Shown: positions 27,412 through 36,823 of the stretch, piece after piece | How the letters are laid out: every line of letters begins with the position of its first letter | How positions within the stretch are numbered: position 1 is the first letter of the stretch | Source: a virus | Taxonomy: Duplodnaviria > Heunggongvirae > Uroviricota > Caudoviricetes | Virus record (IMG/VR): IMGVR_UViG_3300031994_000001 | Span: 183,799-247,798 of that record | DNA length: 64,000 nt | Reading direction: 5' to 3' (one strand) | Notes under the pieces: generated by a model | The model's input: only the letters and a program-made list of their open reading frames with translations | The model's database searches: none | Told to the model about the DNA's origin: nothing | Translations under genes and position numbers: made by a program

Positions 27412-28932
27412 ATGATTGAACAAATGAAAGAAACATTGAACTCGGACGGCTACAATGTCGCCTACTCCGAAAACGGCGCAAAAATGTACGCAACAACGGG
27501 CAAGAACCTGCTTGACTTGTTCTTCAAAATCCCGATGTTCCGTAAATTCAAGGCAGGCAAACTGCCAAACGGTTCTAACCTTCAGAACTTGTTTATGCCC
27601 GCCCTCACCGAGAACCGCGAACTCTTTGCGAAGTTTATGTTCTACCTGCGCGATGTCCGTGGCGGCGTTGGTGAACGTGATATGTTCCGCAATATGTTCT
27701 TGTGGTTCTCCGACAACTATCCGCAGGAGGCAACGAAACTCATCGGATTCATTCCCGAATTTGGTCGTTGGGACGACCTTGTGTTCATCGCTGTAAACAC
27801 CCGCAGCAACGAAGTCTGCGAGGCAGCGTTCAACATCATCAAAGCCCAACTCGAAGCCGACAAGACTTCCGACCATCCTTCCTTGCTCGCCAAGTGGATG
27901 CCCTCTATCAACGCGGGCAACAAGGCGAAGAGCGATGCGAAGTTCGTCATTTCCAAACTCGGTATCATCAGCGCAGATTACCGTAAGATGCTCGCCGAAC
28001 TCCGTAAGAAAATTGACATTGTGGAGACCCACATTGCGTCAAAGACCTACGGTGAAATTGACTACGAGAAAGTGCCTTCCGTGGCTAACACCCGTTACGC
28101 CAACTTGTTCTTGAAATACGATGAGGACAGACGCAGGGCATACCTCGGCGCACTTGTCAAGGGCGAAGCCAAAATCAACGCTTCCGCCGTGTTCCCGCAC
28201 GACATTTGGAAGAAACTGCACGAGAGCAACTGCGACAGAACCACTGTCAACGAAATGTGGAAGAATCTTCCCGACTTCGTTAAGGGAGACACGGGTACGC
28301 TCGTTGTCCGTGACGGTTCGGGTTCTATGACTGTCCGTCTGCCGAACTCAACAACCCAAGTGCTTGACATCGCTTCCGCTTTGAGCGTGTACTTTGCCGA
28401 GCGTATGACGGGCGAGTTCAAGGGCAAGTTCATCACCTTCAGTTCAAACCCGCAGTTGGTTGACATTTCGGGTGCAAAGAACCTCTACGAAGCATACAGC
28501 ATTCTGCGCTCCTACAACGATTGCAGCAACACTGACATCGAAAAGACGTTTGACCTTGTGCTTGACACCGCAGTCAGACATCAAATCCCGCAGAGCGAAC
28601 TGCCGAAGCAACTCCTCATTATCTCCGATATGGAGTTCGACTACGCGCACTCCGTGGGCTACTACTCTCAAAGAGTGGACGATGACACGCTGTTCACCAC
28701 AATCGCCAAGAAGTACGAGAAAGCGGGCTACCAACTTCCGAAACTCGTGTTTTGGAATGTCAACTCCCGCACTGGTGCCATCCCAATGACCCAAAATCCC
28801 AACGGCGTAATCTTGGTTGCGGGTTACTCACCTGCAATCTGCAAGATGGTTCTCTCCGAAGAGACCGACCCGTACTTGGCTCTTGTCAAGGTGCTGATGG
28901 GCGAGCGTTATTCTCAAATCACATTAGGATAG
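27412..28932 (+). CDS. DUF2828-family TROVE/Ro60-like protein with C-terminal VWA domain
   Basis: SENGA...LDLFF, LRDVRGG.GER, FGRWDDL, LLAKWMPS, IDYEKVPS, MIDAS DGSGSM, IISDMEFD, VFWNVNS, GYSP. Confidence 0.85.
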   Translation: MIEQMKETLNSDGYNVAYSENGAKMYATTGKNLLDLFFKIPMFRKFKAGKLPNGSNLQNLFMPALTENRELFAKFMFYLRDVRGGVGERDMFRNMFLWFSDNYPQEATKLIGFIPEFGRWDDLVFIAVNTRSNEVCEAAFNIIKAQLEADKTSDHPSLLAKWMPSINAGNKAKSDAKFVISKLGIISADYRKMLAELRKKIDIVETHIASKTYGEIDYEKVPSVANTRYANLFLKYDEDRRRAYLGALVKGEAKINASAVFPHDIWKKLHESNCDRTTVNEMWKNLPDFVKGDTGTLVVRDGSGSMTVRLPNSTTQVLDIASALSVYFAERMTGEFKGKFITFSSNPQLVDISGAKNLYEAYSILRSYNDCSNTDIEKTFDLVLDTAVRHQIPQSELPKQLLIISDMEFDYAHSVGYYSQRVDDDTLFTTIAKKYEKAGYQLPKLVFWNVNSRTGAIPMTQNPNGVILVAGYSPAICKMVLSEETDPYLALVKVLMGERYSQITLG

Positions 28933-28936
28933 TGCT

Positions 28937-29347
28937 ATGGGATACATTATCGTAACTGCGATTGTTGCTTTTTGGGTGGGTGTGATTGTGGGCTACGCAA
29001 TCGCCCCCGCCTTAAAAAAGCAAAACGAGATTGACCGACAAATCGAAGAATTTGTTGAATCTGACGGTTCTTGCGAGGACAACAATGACAACGATGAGCA
29101 GCCGCAGTTGAAATCGGCGCAAGTCAATGACGGCAAGTTTGAAATCGGCGATATTGTTATGAAGGACTTCGCCATCGAAAATCCTTTTGCACAAGACAGT
29201 TGTATGCTGATTACAAACAAGCGGCGCAATGAAAAGGGTGTTATGTACTATGAGTATATGTTTTGCGACAGAGACGGCAGAAGTACGGGTATGATAAGGT
29301 ACGGCGACACTCTTGACAGATGCACAAAAGTCGGTCATAAAAACTAA
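28937..29347 (+). CDS. Hypothetical membrane protein
   Basis: N-terminal TM helix. Confidence 0.7.
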   Translation: MGYIIVTAIVAFWVGVIVGYAIAPALKKQNEIDRQIEEFVESDGSCEDNNDNDEQPQLKSAQVNDGKFEIGDIVMKDFAIENPFAQDSCMLITNKRRNEKGVMYYEYMFCDRDGRSTGMIRYGDTLDRCTKVGHKN

Positions 29348-29385
29348 TATACACCATTCTTCACATTTATTCATAATCATTTTCC

Positions 29386-29422
29386 AATCGGGGTTGCAAG
29401 CAGTCAAGCAATCCCGATTTTT
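29386..29422 (+). terminator. Intrinsic terminator-like hairpin
   Basis: AATCGGGGTTGC...GCAATCCCGATT followed by TTT. Confidence 0.65.
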
Positions 29423-29430
29423 ATAAGCAG

Positions 29431-30111
29431 ATGAAACATTACGATTCGATAAACAGAGTGCAGGACGATGGATTCCTGCTTGGCAAGAGCGTGTGGGCGT
29501 TCAACAAATTGGACGGTCAGAACTTCGCTGTCAAATACAATCCGAAGAAAAACATATACGATTCATTCGGCAGCAGGAACAGAATGGTTGACGAGAATGA
29601 CGAGCAGTTTGGCTGGGCTGTGCGGCATTTCAAGGAATCACTGATACCGAATGTACTGTCGGAACTTGTAAAGGCAAATAAGGGCAAAAACGGCGTGTTT
29701 GCAGGCGTTGACGAGATAACATTCTTCTTTGAATGGTACGGGGAACATTCATTCGCAGGCAGGCACGACCCGTCAGACATACTCCGTCTGTCTCTGATTG
29801 ACGTGTTCCTCAAAAAGAAAGGCTACATTGAGCCTAAACCGTACTATGACATATTCTGCAAAGACGATAGGATTGAAACACCCGAACTCGTATTCAAGGG
29901 CATTTTGACAAACTCATTCATACAAGAGATACGCGACAACGATTGGACGAAAGCGGATTGTTTATACCCTATGGTGAAAGAGGGTGTCGTGTGCCGCTCG
30001 TCATCTCTGCTGAAAGGTCAGCGTATGCCGAAAGTGAAGTTCAAGACCCAATGGTGGCTTGACCGCTTGCACGAACTCTACACAGAAGAAGAGTGCAAAC
30101 TCCTCGAATAA
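29431..30111 (+). CDS. Rnl2-like RNA ligase (adenylation domain only)
   Basis: NKLDGQN (motif I), FFEWYG (III), LIDV (IIIa), KEGVV (IV), KVKFKT (V). Confidence 0.7.
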   Translation: MKHYDSINRVQDDGFLLGKSVWAFNKLDGQNFAVKYNPKKNIYDSFGSRNRMVDENDEQFGWAVRHFKESLIPNVLSELVKANKGKNGVFAGVDEITFFFEWYGEHSFAGRHDPSDILRLSLIDVFLKKKGYIEPKPYYDIFCKDDRIETPELVFKGILTNSFIQEIRDNDWTKADCLYPMVKEGVVCRSSSLLKGQRMPKVKFKTQWWLDRLHELYTEEECKLLE

Positions 30112-30147
30112 CCGAAATTTTTATTATATTAGTATAAATGTACGATT

Positions 30148-31107
30148 ATGATAAAGAGTGTTTTTTATCCGACAGAGGGCAGCGGCTACCTCTATGACAA
30201 ATACAAAAAACCCGAACCGCTTGAAACACGCAAGGGCAGGTCAACGAGATGCGATAAGGAAGTTTATGAACGTGAACTTGCCGACTACAACGAGTATGGC
30301 GAGACATACAAGCACCCGCTTGCAGCAAAACTCATAGGCAGGAAAATCACATTCGCCAACGACAAGATAAACATTATTTTCGGTGAGAACGCCTCTGGCA
30401 AGACCACCATCCTCAAATCCCTCTCCGCAGTCTGCAATGCGGAAGACGGTTGGAGTTCAATCATACGACCCATTGACCTTATGCACGTAAGGACACTCGG
30501 CGAGAATGTCAAGAAAAGCGATGTCAAGAAATACCTCAACAGCATACAGCCGAACACCTGCAATGTTGAATGGGACGGCGCACCCATATTCAAACACAAC
30601 TTCGGAGAAAACACGGGTGCATACACCGCCCCGATGAGTGACGAGTGTTTCGTTTGGTGGACTAAAAGCAAATCGCGTTTGAGCGCAATGCAGAAGGATA
30701 TGATGTTCTTGTGCAAGGTGTTCAACCTTATGTTGATAAAGGTGAAGTTCACAAACATATTTTCCAACTACATCAGAAAGTCGGAGATATGGAACAACTT
30801 GTGGCAGAGTTGCGTTGACGCACAAGTGGAATACTACAACGATTTCCCTATGGCACAGAGTGACGACTTGCAGAACACTTATCTGTTCGATGAGTTCGAC
30901 AAACATTTGAGCATAGCGAATGCCATAAACCTCTACACGGAATATCTGCCGAATGTGTTTGAAAAGTCAAAGCCGCAGATAATCCTTGTATCGCACTCGC
31001 CCATTGTTCTGTCAAAGGCTGTTGCCGATACGGGAATCTACAACTTGGTTTCCCTTGACGAAGAATACACAGAGACCTGCAAGAAAAGGTTGGCTGAAAT
31101 TTTCTGA
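30148..31107 (+). CDS. ABC/AAA_21-type ATPase
   Basis: GENASGKT, YLFDEFD, VSHSP. Confidence 0.75.
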   Translation: MIKSVFYPTEGSGYLYDKYKKPEPLETRKGRSTRCDKEVYERELADYNEYGETYKHPLAAKLIGRKITFANDKINIIFGENASGKTTILKSLSAVCNAEDGWSSIIRPIDLMHVRTLGENVKKSDVKKYLNSIQPNTCNVEWDGAPIFKHNFGENTGAYTAPMSDECFVWWTKSKSRLSAMQKDMMFLCKVFNLMLIKVKFTNIFSNYIRKSEIWNNLWQSCVDAQVEYYNDFPMAQSDDLQNTYLFDEFDKHLSIANAINLYTEYLPNVFEKSKPQIILVSHSPIVLSKAVADTGIYNLVSLDEEYTETCKKRLAEIF

Positions 31108-31157
31108 AATTTTGTGTTCATATCGGTTTTTTTATTATATTACATCAAAACGATATT

Positions 31158-31364
31158 ATGGAAGTACAATTAAGCCATTCAAGCGAACCCGTTGAGGTTG
31201 ACGGATTCAGAGTGAAAATACACGACAATGAGTTCCTTATCAAAGGGGTCGCTGACGGCTTGCATATTATTGAAATAACGAATGACAACATTATGATTCG
31301 CCCTAACACGGCAAACAGTGTTGTATTGGTAACAAGAACGAATAAATATGAAAAACACGGCTAA
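31158..31364 (+). CDS. Hypothetical protein
   Basis: ORF right after the promoter motif at 31129-31141. Confidence 0.6.
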   Translation: MEVQLSHSSEPVEVDGFRVKIHDNEFLIKGVADGLHIIEITNDNIMIRPNTANSVVLVTRTNKYEKHG

Positions 31365-31686
31365 ATCATCATTTTGGATTGTGGCGTTGTTTGTGTTTGT
31401 CGGACTGTTCATCGGTCTGATATTGAGCGCAACTTCGTCTTGCACAAGTGCGACAAACTGCAATCAGCAGGAGACAACACAAGTTAAAAACCAACAGCAG
31501 GAACTGCCCGAATACACGGATAGGTTTGTTCGCGTTGAGATTGGCAGACACAATATGGTTAATGTCGTTTACGACAAACATACGCGGGTTATGTATGCCA
31601 TATCAGCAGGCAATCATAACATTGGCAGTATGACTATGCTCTGCGATTCAACGGGCAAACCATTACTTTGGAAAGGCAATGAATAA
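31348..31686 (+). CDS. Membrane-anchored / lipoprotein-like protein
   Basis: TM helix, then VVYDKHTRVMY...GSMTML.D..GKPLLW motif. Confidence 0.7.
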   Translation: MKNTAKSSFWIVALFVFVGLFIGLILSATSSCTSATNCNQQETTQVKNQQQELPEYTDRFVRVEIGRHNMVNVVYDKHTRVMYAISAGNHNIGSMTMLCDSTGKPLLWKGNE

Positions 31687-32122
31687 AGTGAAATTGAACG
31701 AGAGAAACCTTATGGTCGGCGATTGGGTGTACTACGGTACTGACAGACCCAATATGGAAGGCGACTATGACGTGGTGTTTGAGATAAGGCAAATCACGCT
31801 TGACGACTTCAAGTTTTGGGCTGACAACGATTGGGACGATTCCGTATTCGAGGAATTTATCAAGCCCATTGACTTGTCGGACGAAATCCTCGAACACAAT
31901 TTTCCGACCTCGGAACTGTTGGCTTGGTGGAGATGCGAGGACAAAGACAAAGGCTACCATATCGAATACACGCCCGATGGCGACTTTCCGAGCGGCGATT
32001 ACGGTGAGTTTGTGGAATGCGTCAATAGTGTTCACGAGTTGCAGCACCTTATGCTCGCCCACGGAATCGAACACAAGATTGAAATTGAAAATTATATGTT
32101 CACAGAAAATATCGAATTATGA
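31679..32122 (+). CDS. YopX-like phage protein (HELQ family)
   Basis: LMVGDWV, KPIDLSDEILEHNF, VHELQH. Confidence 0.65.
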   Translation: MNKVKLNERNLMVGDWVYYGTDRPNMEGDYDVVFEIRQITLDDFKFWADNDWDDSVFEEFIKPIDLSDEILEHNFPTSELLAWWRCEDKDKGYHIEYTPDGDFPSGDYGEFVECVNSVHELQHLMLAHGIEHKIEIENYMFTENIEL

Positions 32123-32502
32123 CAAAGAAAGACATTATCGCACTTCGTGAATGCGAGGAGACACGGGAAAAATTGGCTCACAGTATCCTTTCGAGATATG
32201 CGAAAAAGAAAGGGTTTACCGAGTACAAATTCGACAACGGATACTACTGTTTCGCCGAAACAAAAGAGGGTGCGGAACGGAAGTACAAGGAATGGCTTGA
32301 CAGCAGGCTTCGTGACAAGAACGGCGCGATTCTCAAAGTCGGTGATGTCGTTCACAACAAGTGGGGCTACGACCTCGTAGTACACCGTGAGCGTCACGGT
32401 AAGTGCAAATGGTACGGTATGCTTGTGTGCAATATCGGACATTCCTGCGAGACAATCCCCTATGCGCTTATATCGGAAGAAATTGAACTTTTAAATGAAT
32501 AA
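32119..32502 (+). CDS. Hypothetical protein
   Basis: DKNGAILKVGDVV motif; ATGA overlap. Confidence 0.65.
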   Translation: MTKKDIIALRECEETREKLAHSILSRYAKKKGFTEYKFDNGYYCFAETKEGAERKYKEWLDSRLRDKNGAILKVGDVVHNKWGYDLVVHRERHGKCKWYGMLVCNIGHSCETIPYALISEEIELLNE

Positions 32503-32504
32503 AA

Positions 32505-32621
32505 ATGGAATACGTAGAATTTTTCTTTGGTAACTTTTGGCATTGGCTCGGTCTGTGGGTCATTGTCGCAACGATTTTCGGTGGAGCGTACATCCACATT
32601 TCAAACGACAAACGCAGATAG
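32505..32621 (+). CDS. Small membrane protein (38 aa), missed by the ORF track
   Basis: MEYVEFFFGNFWHWLGLWVIVATIFGGAYIHISNDKRR*; exactly fills the intergenic gap. Confidence 0.6.
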   Translation: MEYVEFFFGNFWHWLGLWVIVATIFGGAYIHISNDKRR

Positions 32622-32622
32622 T

Positions 32623-32898
32623 ATGGAAAAGTGCTTTGAAAAAACGCCTTGTGTCAAATTCGGTTGGCTTGATTCTGACGGCAAGATTGTCTATATAAAG
32701 AAAAAGGCATACGACACCGATAAGGAGGCAATCGAAGCGGCAAGGAAACTCAACGCAAGCCAACATCAAATAAGCAAGGCTGTGGCGTACAAGTGTCCTA
32801 TATGCTTCAAATGGCACATCGGGCGTAACGGAAAGACACTTACAGAAAAAGACAAACAACATTACAAACAGCAAAACGGAATGCTATGGAAAAGTTGA
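32623..32898 (+). CDS. Zn-finger-like hypothetical protein
   Basis: KKAY.T..EA...AYKCPICFKWHIG. Confidence 0.7.
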   Translation: MEKCFEKTPCVKFGWLDSDGKIVYIKKKAYDTDKEAIEAARKLNASQHQISKAVAYKCPICFKWHIGRNGKTLTEKDKQHYKQQNGMLWKS

Positions 32899-33362
32899 AC
32901 ATTTCAGACATCAGCAGCGGCGATTGGCTTTCAATCAACGGCAACGAAGTAAAGGTTATCGGCACAAACGAACTTCACAACTCCGTGTGTTACTTCGAGG
33001 AAGAATTGCAGGATATTGTTGAAGCGGACATCAGCGCGTTCTCGCCTATACCGATTTATCACGAGGCATTGCTGAAAAACGACTTTGTTTCGGAAGTCAC
33101 TTGGCACGGCATAGTCACGCTCACATATTCGGTCAAGAAAGACAAAGACATAGACTATGAGAATATGAAGTTCAGCACGGATATAACCGTAAGTGTTGAA
33201 ATGTTGGAAAAGGAAGACCACGTAAGGCACATCAAGATTGATGCTTTCAACAAACACGGGATTTTCAATTCCAAGCGTGTCAAAGCGGGCGAACCGCACT
33301 ATATCCACGAATTGCAGCACGCTATGCGTGACGCTCACATAGAAAAACAAATTGAACTGTAA
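32886..33362 (+). CDS. YopX-like phage protein (HELQ family)
   Basis: SGDWL, SPIPI...LLKNDF, YIHELQH. Confidence 0.65.
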   Translation: MEKLNISDISSGDWLSINGNEVKVIGTNELHNSVCYFEEELQDIVEADISAFSPIPIYHEALLKNDFVSEVTWHGIVTLTYSVKKDKDIDYENMKFSTDITVSVEMLEKEDHVRHIKIDAFNKHGIFNSKRVKAGEPHYIHELQHAMRDAHIEKQIEL

Positions 33363-33817
33363 TGGACAGCAACAGATTCGTTTCATACGATATTGCGCGA
33401 TACCTGCACAACATCGGCTTTTACAGCGATGAGTGCATTGCGTTGTACTACACGGGCTACCATACAACGGAGCGTGAGTTGGACATCAACACAGCCATAT
33501 ACGAGTACGGCGCGGAGGACTACCTTGAATCCCAATACGGAATCGAATGGCAACGGTTTCCATACTATCTCGCCCCAACACCGAGCGAGGCGTTGAGGTG
33601 GCTTCGTGAGAAAGGCATATATGTTTTTGTCAGACTTGACAACAAGTCGGAGATTGACAGAAGAGTTGTTGCCGAGGTGTGTGTGAAGGTGCGGTCGTTC
33701 ATTACAATCACCGTTTTGTACGACAACGATTCGTTTGAGGCTGCTGAACTGGCTGGTCTCAAATATGCGTTGGTGAATTTTGACGAATTAGATAAAATGA
33801 TAAATGGATATGACTGA
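33362..33817 (+). CDS. Hypothetical protein (APT-WLR paralog family)
   Basis: VSYDIARYLHNIGF, APTPSEALRWLRE, FEAAE. Confidence 0.7.
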   Translation: MDSNRFVSYDIARYLHNIGFYSDECIALYYTGYHTTERELDINTAIYEYGAEDYLESQYGIEWQRFPYYLAPTPSEALRWLREKGIYVFVRLDNKSEIDRRVVAEVCVKVRSFITITVLYDNDSFEAAELAGLKYALVNFDELDKMINGYD

Positions 33818-34523
33818 TTTTATGGCAGGTGAATGGGCTTACCTAAAAGTCCAAGAAAAAGACAAGCCTACACGTCTCACAAAGAAGATGTTGAATGACG
33901 GCATTGATGCGAAGCCTATCCCGTTGGATAGAACAACACTCATACGAAACGATTTCGGTATTGTAAAGCGCGATGACGAGGATTATTCTGACGGATTCAC
34001 ATACAGACTGAAAAACGACAGCGGCATATATGCAACTGTAAATGAAGTGTTCAAGCGTGACGGCACACAGAGTGACATTTGGCGTTTGCGCATAGTCTGC
34101 AACAACGGGTCGGTTGACTTGAACATCCGATATGTTCACGAACTGCAACGGCAACTCGGATTGTGTGGCATTCAGAGGTATATTAAGGTCTTTGATGACG
34201 GCATTGTGTTCGCCCCGTACATTATGGCTGACAGTGTTGGAACAGTCGGCAACATCGGCGAAATGGCAAAGAAAGAAGTCAATTCAAGATATGCAACGGT
34301 TGAGGTTGCGCCCAACACCTACGGAACGATGCCAAAATACAAGGTTGGCGACATATTCACCAAAAAAGGTTGCAGAGACTGTGCCGTTATGAAGGTGACG
34401 CAGATAATCCTCGGTTTAGAACCGATATATCACCTCGAACCCGTTAAAGGCATAGGATTGTCCGCTGAATGGTGTGAATCCGCATTGGACGAACTTTACA
34501 GATATGTTGAACGCAAAAATTAA
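33804..34523 (+). CDS. YopX-like phage protein (HELQ family) with C-terminal extension
   Basis: KPIPLDRTTLIRNDF, YVHELQ; second domain KYKVGD. Confidence 0.65.
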   Translation: MDMTDFMAGEWAYLKVQEKDKPTRLTKKMLNDGIDAKPIPLDRTTLIRNDFGIVKRDDEDYSDGFTYRLKNDSGIYATVNEVFKRDGTQSDIWRLRIVCNNGSVDLNIRYVHELQRQLGLCGIQRYIKVFDDGIVFAPYIMADSVGTVGNIGEMAKKEVNSRYATVEVAPNTYGTMPKYKVGDIFTKKGCRDCAVMKVTQIILGLEPIYHLEPVKGIGLSAEWCESALDELYRYVERKN

Positions 34524-34543
34524 CAACCATAAATTTTACGGCT

Positions 34544-34825
34544 ATGAAAAAATGCACGCTTTATGACGGCGAACTGAATGATATTGACATCAACAATGTT
34601 ATCGGAAAGGTAATCGAAATGAAAAAGGAATCAGACGAGGACGTGTTCCTGCGTTGGAACGGCGCAACTATGCGCATAACCAAAACAAGCACTGTGCAGG
34701 AAGTTCTTGATGATTACGACAGACAGACAAATGCAACGAACCTTCTTTGGAAAAAGGAGCATAACCTTTTGTTCGATGCCGAAACCGTAGCCAACAAGTT
34801 ATTGAAATTTTTAGCAAGTATATAA
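34544..34825 (+). CDS. Hypothetical protein
   Basis: Co-oriented ORF. Confidence 0.65.
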   Translation: MKKCTLYDGELNDIDINNVIGKVIEMKKESDEDVFLRWNGATMRITKTSTVQEVLDDYDRQTNATNLLWKKEHNLLFDAETVANKLLKFLASI

Positions 34826-34826
34826 A

Positions 34827-35432
34827 ATGAAAGACGAATACACCTCATCGGAAGAGTTTTACAGAGACTACGAGAAAGAGCATTGCCGCTGTCCTATTTG
34901 CGGGCAGAAAGGCGTGCAAACATCGCTTGTCGGTTACATCGCGGATTTGAAACGCCCCAACGAGTACAAGGACAAAAACCGAGTCATCTGTCACAACTGC
35001 GGATACAAAGGAATCTATCACGATTTGGTCGGCGAGGGTGACGTGGTTGAAAAGGTTGTCACATACAGAGTGGCGGAGGTGCTGCGCAGTTTGGGGTTCA
35101 ACAAGAGCAAAGACCATAATTGCAAGTTCGTCTATCTGTCGCCGAGAATAATAACCAAAGTCGGTTATCACATTGACCGAAATATGGTTTATGAAGCACC
35201 GACATTGGATGCCGCTATGGATTGGCTTCGCGAAACGCACAAAATCCACATTGAAATCCACGCAAGTCTTGAAGGCGAAAATGCGCAATCCCGCCGAGAA
35301 CTCAAATACTCATACGCCATTGTTATAAACAACGGCGACACCACAATAACAAGGGTGCAGAGCAACGAATACTACGACACATACGAGGAAGCCGTGAACG
35401 AAGGTATCTTTATGGCAACCCAATACATCTAA
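34827..35432 (+). CDS. Zn-ribbon + APT-WLR family protein
   Basis: CPIC...CHNC N-terminal; APTLDAAMDWLRE; YEEAVNEG. Confidence 0.7.
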   Translation: MKDEYTSSEEFYRDYEKEHCRCPICGQKGVQTSLVGYIADLKRPNEYKDKNRVICHNCGYKGIYHDLVGEGDVVEKVVTYRVAEVLRSLGFNKSKDHNCKFVYLSPRIITKVGYHIDRNMVYEAPTLDAAMDWLRETHKIHIEIHASLEGENAQSRRELKYSYAIVINNGDTTITRVQSNEYYDTYEEAVNEGIFMATQYI

Positions 35433-35436
35433 CAAT

Positions 35437-35925
35437 ATGGAAAAGGTATTAGTAGGATATGACAACGCAATGCTGCTGAAGAAATGCGGCTTTGACGAAC
35501 CCTGCCAAGATTTCTATTCGGACGATATAACCTATGACGGTAAATCAATATCGTTCAACGAACAACTTGAAATAATCAAGAGAGGCAGGGTGAATGAAAT
35601 AGAATGCAAGAACGGCGGCAAGTTGTTACACGGAAACGTGCGCAATTCCGATGATTGGGTTCACGAAAAAATAGCGGCAGCACCCGAACAGCACGATGTC
35701 ACCAAATGGCTTCGTGACACATACGGTATAATCATTCTAATCCGATTCGCCTACAAGTTCAAAGACAACAGCACAGACGGAGTGGAGTACACATTCTCCG
35801 TTTACGAAGAGAAACCCCGTGATTGGGGATATGAATGCGAAGAATATTGGGACAGATTCGAGGATGCTGTGGAAAACGGAATAAACCACGCATTGAACAA
35901 ACTTATAAAAATACAAGCAATATGA
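35437..35925 (+). CDS. Hypothetical protein (APT-WLR paralog family)
   Basis: VGYDNAMLLKKCGF, APEQHDVTKWLRD, FEDAVENG. Confidence 0.7.
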   Translation: MEKVLVGYDNAMLLKKCGFDEPCQDFYSDDITYDGKSISFNEQLEIIKRGRVNEIECKNGGKLLHGNVRNSDDWVHEKIAAAPEQHDVTKWLRDTYGIIILIRFAYKFKDNSTDGVEYTFSVYEEKPRDWGYECEEYWDRFEDAVENGINHALNKLIKIQAI

Positions 35926-36323
35926 AAGAACACGCAAAAGATTTGCTAAAAACACTTGCCGTTATTTGCATTATTGGAGTCGCAATCGGTTTGATTTTTA
36001 AAAAATGTGCGAAAGACGCGGAGGAAGCGATACCGTTCAAAATCAAAGGCGATGTCGAATATGTGTACGAGGGTGACAGCGTTGTGCATCACTACGAATT
36101 TGATGACCTTTTCGACCCCAACTCAAGGGTCAAGAGTATGAGTGTCGAATACTTTGCCAAGACGGGATATATGAACAGAATGGTCTTGGTTTGTACATAC
36201 AAGTTTTCAAATCATATAGCACAAACATACGAAAAGGAACTGTTCTACATACCCGACAGACGGTTCACGGTCAAGAACATAACTTGGCATTTCACACAAA
36301 CACGAGAAACAGATACGAAATAA
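35922..36323 (+). CDS. Hypothetical membrane protein
   Basis: N-terminal TM; ATGA overlap. Confidence 0.65.
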   Translation: MKEHAKDLLKTLAVICIIGVAIGLIFKKCAKDAEEAIPFKIKGDVEYVYEGDSVVHHYEFDDLFDPNSRVKSMSVEYFAKTGYMNRMVLVCTYKFSNHIAQTYEKELFYIPDRRFTVKNITWHFTQTRETDTK

Positions 36324-36324
36324 A

Positions 36325-36822
36325 ATGTTGACATACGCAAACACATTTAGAAGATTAAGAAAGGACGAGATATTGGATGCCGCCCTTGAAAGCCTTAATG
36401 GGTCAAATATGTTTTACGACCCAGGCGATGAGGTGTATCTTGTGAACGCGAGGTATTTAATCCGAAAGAAAATGTCGGAAATCCTGCTCTTGGATTCACC
36501 TATGCTTTCGATTGAGTATTCAGTTCTTGTGCGGCGTGACGTTTATGAAAGGCTTGCCGTTGCAGGCGTTAATACCAACCAAGAGCCTCCGAAGATAAAT
36601 GAGCAGAGGGTTGCCGTTCTTGAAAAGGCACGGCAAAGTATGATAGACATACCCATTAAAGGCTATGAACAATACGCAATCGTGCATTATATTATGAATC
36701 TGCAAAGGGATGAAATATCGGCGAAAAGCCTAATCCATCAGATAATGTCTCCGAAGGGAATGGCGTTTCTTTGGTTTGACGGTGAAAAGGATTTGTTGTC
36801 AATGCCGCTAATCAGATGGTGA
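36325..36822 (+). CDS. Hypothetical protein
   Basis: Co-oriented ORF. Confidence 0.65.
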   Translation: MLTYANTFRRLRKDEILDAALESLNGSNMFYDPGDEVYLVNARYLIRKKMSEILLLDSPMLSIEYSVLVRRDVYERLAVAGVNTNQEPPKINEQRVAVLEKARQSMIDIPIKGYEQYAIVHYIMNLQRDEISAKSLIHQIMSPKGMAFLWFDGEKDLLSMPLIRW

Positions 36823-36823
36823 T

